Positions 57,249 through 64,000 of a DNA stretch of 64,000 nucleotides are shown piece after piece. The notes beneath the pieces are model-generated. The model ran no database searches. It worked only from the letters and a program-made list of their open reading frames with translations, and was not told where the DNA came from. This DNA comes from Eledone cirrhosa. Lineage: Eukaryota. Every line of letters begins with the position of its first letter. Within the stretch, counting starts at the first letter, position 1. A program made the position numbers and the translations under genes. The stretch covers positions 404,426,001-404,490,000 of the forward strand of contig OZ024740.1 of NCBI GenBank assembly GCA_964016885.1. The letters are read 5' to 3'.

Positions 57249-58194
57249 CAAACAAATAACAAAGCAAACGACACAGTACATTGAAGAAATATAGTTTAAC
57301 GCTTGAAATAGCGGGAAAATAATCTTAACGATTCCAACACTAGTCCTCCATCAGAAGATAGCGTTCGAAACAAAAGAGAGTGAGAAGAGGAAAGAAAGGG
57401 GAATAAATGAGAAAAAGTGGGGGGGGGGGAATAAACGTGCGCATTCAGTCAGCCATTTTGGAGATTTGCTGGTCATTGGGTATCTTACGCTTTAGAGAGG
57501 TTTAGGAAGGGAGGTAATCAATGTATGTGTGGGATGGACATAAGTGTATGTGTGTGTGTGCGCGCATATGTTTGGAGGATGGGCGTTGGGCCATGACAGG
57601 CTGGCCGCAGTGAGAGTGTGGATGTGTGAGTGGGCGTGCGCGCGTTGTCTGACCAACGTAAGAGGATGTACAAGAATGTATATCAATTTCTACACATACA
57701 TACATACACACATAGTAGCAGTCGAGAGGGCTGTGTAGAAAGGATATGGTTGCGAATATGATCGTTGTCTTTATATTTGATTCGTGGTATGGTCATAAGA
57801 GAAGCTGCTTAGCTTCGAGTACAACGATACGGTGGTACAACCGTAAATGGCTAAGCTATAAAATGTGAAATTACTACATGGGGGGAAGTGGATAGAACCA
57901 GAACCATTCAACTGTGCCAAAGCTGCGGCAGTGAGTGCCACGCGAACAGACACGTGTGCAAGAGATACAAGCACACATAGACGTGAGCCCTGGAATGCGT
58001 GTGTCAGTGGTTTGTGTGGACGTGTGCACATACGTGTGTATGCATCAGCAAGTGTAGGATTTTGATGATTATGTTTGTGCAGAGGTAGATGTGTTGGCTG
58101 GTATATACGGATATTGTAAATGAGGGTGTGTGTTGTGTGATGGTTGAAGTTGTGTATGTGTATATTCGTGTGTTTGAACAATCTGGTGTTAAAA

Positions 58195-58927
58195 AGCTAA
58201 ATATAGAAAAATATACTGAACCATATACCCCGAAGGCCCAAGATTTTCATTAAAGAATCATAAAGATGACTTCAATGCCAACCCATCAATAAGATTAATA
58301 TACTGTGATATCGGCAGAATTTGTAAAAAGATTTTTGACAAGTCATCCTTACAATTAAACAAAAAGTACTATTTAATCTTTGGGTCAACACTAATGAAGT
58401 TATTGATTGGTTTATTAAGCTTAAAGATTAAAAAAATCTTTTAAAGTCATCTAATTCGATATTAACACCTATTACACATCTATATCCCCTAATTTACTAA
58501 ACTGGGCTCTTACAATGGCAATGAGATTAAGTGACCTTACGAAGTCCCAAATAGATATAATTTTAGCAGCTCTTAAGACTATAATAGAATTTGATGATAG
58601 TTTATGGACACGTAATAATACACCTAATAAGTTTTATATTATAATGGGGTCCAGTGATTCAGCCCAAGTAACTGATTTAGTCGGATTATATTTATTAATG
58701 GAAATAAGCAAAATATTCCACACTTAAAAGGTGTATTATACCATGATGATACCCCTTTTTGTTTTAGAATATAAAAAAAAACATAGAAAGAGCTAGAAAG
58801 GATCTACAAACATTTATTTAAAGTAATAACCTAAGAATAACTGAAGGTGTAAATACTAAAATAGTTAACTTCCTAGATGTAACTCTAGATCTCCAAACAG
58901 GACATACAGGTCATACCATAAACCAGG
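58195..58927 (+). mobile_element. Degenerate Penelope-like (Naiad-type) RT fragment
   Basis: HKDDFNANPSIRLI, LWVNTNEVIDWF, FDINTYYTSIS, MGSSDSAQVTDLVGLYLL, VNFLDVTLDL across frameshifts. Confidence 0.75.
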
Positions 58928-60960
58928 TGAGCAACTCTTCTATGTTGTTGGATGTCAAAAGGGTTTCACCTGAGGGCAGGCAATATGAGAGTTTCAGTGC
59001 ATCCTCTTTTCCAAAGTGGGTTAGTTTGAATTTATCCTCATCAACAGCATATTGTTTGTTTTTTCCTACCCATTGGACAACAGCAAGTAGATCTGATTGA
59101 CGGCATCTCCAGTCTCTCACTCTATTGATGACCTTCTGGAGCTTGGAATCATCTGCAAAGATTCTTATGTTGCTGTGCTTGATGACATCAGTGTTGTCAT
59201 TGATATAGATAATGAAGAGAAGTGGGCCCAACACAGTGCCTTGTGGGATGCTGCTACTGGCATTGGCTGGGCTGGATTGTACTCCATCGATTACAACATG
59301 AGCTCTGTTGTCATGAAACACTTGATCCATTGCAGTAACTTTCCAGAGATACCAAACTTAGATAGTTTTTTTCAGTAGAATGTTGTAACCAACACCGATA
59401 AACACTGTCAAAGGCCTTGCTTGAAATCAAGGTAGATGACAACAGTGTTGGAGCCCTCTCCCAAAGTTCTTAAAATGTCATCGATGTGATGCAGGAGCTG
59501 CATTAAGTAGTCCCTTCCATTATGGAACCCATGTTGGTTGGAGTTCAGCAGATTGTTGCTTTCAAGAAAGTGAGTTATTCGTGATCTCATCATCCTCTCA
59601 AATGCCTTAATGAGGTGGGGGAGGGAGATCAGTGAGATCCACAGTAAGGAACTTGTTTCTCTTTTTGAAAACTGGGACAAAGTTTTCAGGTACATAGCCA
59701 GTGTCCAGTGAGTTCCTCCACAGATTAGCAAGAGGAGATGCAAGTTGGTGTCGACACACCTTCAGGACACAAGCAGGGAACCTGTCAGGGCCTACTGCTG
59801 AATTGTGTTTAATTTTGTTGATTGCTGCTAAGATATCAGGAGCACCAAACATTATGTCGGACAGAGTTTGTTGGGGATTAACATCACTGATTCAGCTCAG
59901 ATTGGCCATATCAGGATTGCTGAAAACAGAGCAGTATTGCTTCTAAGTATCTCACCCATGGTTTTAGCATTGTCTTGGATAAGGCCATTTTCATTAATCA
60001 GAGAACCAACAGAGAAGACAGTGACCTTGTGTTTTTCTGAAAATGAAAAGAAGACTTTGGGATTGAGTTTGATTTTCTCAATGGCCTATTCCTCCTCAAC
60101 TGTTCTTTGTTTATTGATGATCATCTCTATGCATTGTTGGAGATGACATTTTTTTATTTGAGCAGTGTGATAGCAGTCAAATATATGTGCTGCTGTTACA
60201 GTATTTTAGTTTGTTGATTTTTTTTGTTTGTTCTTTTTATTTTTCTGATAATGGTGTTTTTCTGTTTTGGGAGATTCTGCACTTAGTTTTGTTCACAGAT
60301 CTTGGTGGGGTGTGTTTTGCACATATGTTTGTGACAGTGTCTACAAATATCTGCTCTCAGCGGTGGTTGTCCCAGTGTCAAACTAACTGCAGAACTTGAA
60401 GCAATCCAATGAATCTACACCAAGAGGATTGGCTCAATGAAAGAGATGAGCTACTGGAAGAGACTGAAACAATGAAAGCTTTACTCCCTGTATCCTCTGC
60501 ATAGCTAATGAGGGAGGTTGTCTGCATTACAGAGGGCATGTCTGAAAGAGCCATCACAAACAGTAGTGGTCCCAAGACGGTTCTCCAGGGAACACCACTT
60601 GGTATTGATGTTTCCTTTGAGAGGACCCTGTTGGCTGCAACAGTCTGGCTTCTGTCTTTTAAGAAGTCATGAAGCCATTCACCTAATTTTCCAACTATGC
60701 CAAAGCTATGTAGTTTTATGACATATCATACCATGTTCAATCATGTTGAAGGCCTTTTCAAAGTCAAGATATATCACATCTATACTCGAATGGTCTCACA
60801 GCTGTTTCAGTATCCAGTCATAATGCTGCAAGAGCTACAAAAGCCATTCTGGGTGTCAGTTAGAAGACCATTTTCCTCTAGAAAAGTGATCAGTTTCCTT
60901 CTGATGTTGTATTTCATGACTTGGCTGATATGTGAGGTCAGGTAGACAGGTATTTTACTG
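58928..60960 (-). mobile_element. Two decayed CR1/Jockey-group LINE RT fragments (~58928-60350 and ~60375-60960)
   Basis: GPDRFPACVLK, NQHGF, YLDF, PQGTVLGPLLFIIYIND, IFADDSKL; second fragment GPLLFVMALSD..YAEDT. Confidence 0.8.
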
Positions 60961-61738
60961 TACTTGAAGATATTGTATATAAAGTCAGGATGTTTGCATC
61001 ATTCAGTGCTGGATAAAAATCTTTAGATACACTCTGTGGTATTTGAATAAAACACTGTTGATACACCAGAGCCTCAAGAGTACTTAATCAGGCCGTAGAC
61101 ATGAAGATATGTACACAACATACAAACAAAAAGGTAAAAAGAACAAATAATTGTTTCTACTTTTGGCACAAGGCCAGCAATTACCCAGTGCATTACTGTT
61201 ACTTTATTTTATCGACTCCGTAAGGATGAAAGGCAACGTAAACCTCGGCGGGATTTGAACTCCGAATGGCAAGGACCGTAACTCTATGCGTCAAAGCATG
61301 GCGTCCGACCCTCTACCGATACTGCCAATCCACCATAATAAAATCAAAATGGTGGTCCTGAGAAACATCATGACATAGTACAATATCTAATTTGAAGAGT
61401 TGAAAAGACAAGCAGTCTGGTGTGTAATTGGAAATGCAGTTCTCAGCAAGTAACAGATATATCATTCAAGTCCTGTCAGTGAGCCTGTTTCTCTTTCCTG
61501 TCTCAAATTAGTGTTTATAATATCTATGTAGAGGGAGTGTATTTATGCATGCGTGTGTTTTCCTTCATCCATTTGTGTGCCAGTATGCTTGCCTGTGTAT
61601 ATGCGTTTGAGTGTTTGTATGTTAGAATGCAATTATAAAAATGTAATAAATGTATATTTGACATTATGGCAATTAGTTTGAATTCAAATATAAGGAGTAT
61701 TGTCAGAAATGTCACACATGTTTATATTTCCGTAACAG

Positions 61739-61834
61739 ATGATCCGAAACCCGATGGAGAGTTCCGGCTGTTATGCTATTTGTGCAGCTCTATTACGCAA
61801 CCAGAATGCAGCAATTGAACACTTAAATTTTCAG
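61739..61834 (+). CDS. LRRC74A: LRRC74A/B-like exon 9 (gene continues past the window)
   Basis: acag|ATG..CAG|gtatt, phase 0->0; MIRNPMESSGCYAICAALLRNQNAAIEHLNFQ. Confidence 0.88.
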
Positions 61835-63326
61835 GTATTCATTGATTGCTATGCTTATTATTATAATTACAACAGTGGCAACAGCATTTCCTTAACTCTG
61901 TGAGTCCACAAAATTATTTTGCAGCAACAATTATAACTCTATCCAGCAACAAGAAAAATCAATATAGTTATTGAGTAAATGTTTTTCACATATATATTAT
62001 ATACAGTACTACAAAAATATAAAAGAAAAAAGAGGGAATGACAAAAGAAGAAAAAGAAAGGGAGAAAAGCCAGAAGACCCACACATGTCACAACAAGGGG
62101 TGCTGGAGTTTTAGTAATTTTAACATACCAATCTCCAGGTTTCTTTTATAGTCACCCATATGTTTTCTGAAAAGAAATTTCTTAATCATTCTCATCTATA
62201 AACTTATGCATAAAATAATGTAATTTTCAATAATAAAGATCTTTGATTAATTAAATTAAAAATAACAATAAAAAGCACCCAGTCCAATATAGTGTTGACT
62301 AAGAGAGAAAGAAAGAAAACTACAGACAAAAATATGAACTTTTCTCCTTAACTATGTATGTAAAAACTAATTTTTTTCTCCATATTCTTATTATTCTTAT
62401 TAATATGCAATTTAACTGCATTATATACTTTCGTCATTGAAAAAGCATATAAAGCTGAAACCAGTACAATTAAATGCGAGAATCTCTATTTTGTAAATAA
62501 ATGTTTTGATGTTATTCTGAGAGAAAATCCCTTTAGCATTTTCTACTGTTTGTTTTCCTTTTTACTATTTTTTTATATATATCAACTCGTGTGTCACTTC
62601 TCTACATTCTATATATATATATGTATATATATAGAAATACATTCTTATATTTGTTCTGTATCACATTCTACTAATCTACCAGTACTCAAACCAATCTTCC
62701 TGGTGACATCATCATCATCACTGTTTAACATCTATTTTCCATGCTTCCAAGGGTTCAATTGGTTGTCACATTATGAGACTAGCCAGGTCAGGTTACCATG
62801 CCTTGCTCATATGGAACTATTTTTGGTTTGGTTTCTATGACTACATACCCTTTCTAATGCCAACTATATTACACCATGGACTGGGTGCTTTTCATCATGG
62901 CATAAGAACAAGACCCTAACTGGATGGACTGGGTGCTTTTTTGTTGTGGTACCAACACCACCATCTAACAGGAACGTTGGTGATATATCGAGGTAAAAAA
63001 AAAATCCAGCTGCAACTTTGAGCCAAATCACTATTTTTTACGTTATTTAAATTTGACCAATGAAAGTAGTGGAACTTTGTACCCATAGGGATTAAAGTAA
63101 CTCACTATCATAAAAAATTATAATATTCATCCACCTTCTTCTCAATGGATGGTTCTCAACTAATACCATAACGTTGTTTCATTGTTTAGGATCAGATTAC
63201 GATACCAGTGACTGTAGGCTGTTATAGATATCTCAAAGCAAAGTATTGGAAATATTTTATTCTTGATTCTAATTTCATATTCAACAATACTAAAGGAAAA
63301 TTACGAAATTCTTCTCTCTCTGTCTA

Positions 63327-63503
63327 TCATCATCATCATCATCATCCCCGTTTTACGTCCATTTATCCACACTAGCATGGGTTAGACGGGTTTTCCTGTT
63401 GTGGGAAGTGTCCAGTCGGCTGATCTTGTCTTGCTCATACAGGAACTGATTCTGGCTTGATTTCTACAGCTGGATGCCCTTCCTAACACCAACCTCATTT
63501 ACA
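63327..63503 (-). mobile_element. RTE 3' end fragment; a diverged relative lies at 62707-62960
   Basis: Matches 6588-6755; (CAT)n tail. Confidence 0.8.
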
Positions 63504-64000
63504 TATTGATTAAACTAATTATGAAGCTCTCATTATCGTTTTTAGACCCTAATGGTTAAGCTGTTGGACTCGTGGTTGTAAAGTTGTTGATTCAATTCCA
63601 AGCCTAAGCAGCACATTATGCCCTTGGGTATGACACATCCTTTCCTGTTGCCAGAGTCCATTCTGTTGAAACAAGTAATATTAATAGTTGCTTAGGATTA
63701 ACCCTGTGACAGACGGGCATCCCATTTTGTATTCTGTCACTCAGTGCTAATGAAACTGGAATAAGCTGAAGCCTGGTGAGAACTCTAAATTCAAGAAATA
63801 TTTTAATTTTTTGACAAGACTGGTTAGAGGGGTGGAGAAAGGTATCCTCAAACCAGATACCTGATCTGTAAGCTTGCAACAGTGTAGACTCCACTAAAGG
63901 CCAAGTCATGGTACTAAACCATGTAATGGGTTACGTTAACCATACAAAAAGGCTATAGCAAGATTTGAACTTAAAATGCAAGAAACCAGAACAAATGTCA

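Noticed and set aside
57250-58190. GT-rich stretch with short ORFs
   Set aside because: Likely decayed minus-strand PLE 3' region; no protein motif, and the HHR core is mutated (CUGAUGG..GGAAU)
63190-63320. Possible tenth LRR exon after TTGTTTAG
   Set aside because: Peptide DQITIPVTVG.. has no family-like pattern and no good donor site

Overview
Eukaryotic, AT-rich, repeat-dominated DNA. The SINE, RTE and microsatellite complement suggests an octopod cephalopod (inference). Most long ORFs in the track ([12 protein letters not shown]) are microsatellite artefacts. A real host gene is largely invisible to the ORF track: nine GT-AG exons on + (25434-61834) splice in phase into 358 codons of an RI-type leucine-rich-repeat protein resembling LRRC74A/B, which continues beyond the window. 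Positions 1-16.9 kb are a (TA)n/(TACA)n sea holding 5'-truncated RTE LINEs. The introns hold a near-intact Tx1/L1-clade LINE, two R4/Dong-like LINEs at (TTA)n, Penelope-like (PLE), CRE-like and CR1-like fragments, Helitrons, MITEs and more than 20 SINEs. The most notable signal is a set of hammerhead-ribozyme (HHR) motifs tied to tandem or fold-back repeats. The best case is a non-coding ~420-bp tandem repeat carrying two identical minimal type I HHRs (retrozyme-like, 55955-56926). All RNA structures were paired by eye and no database search was run.
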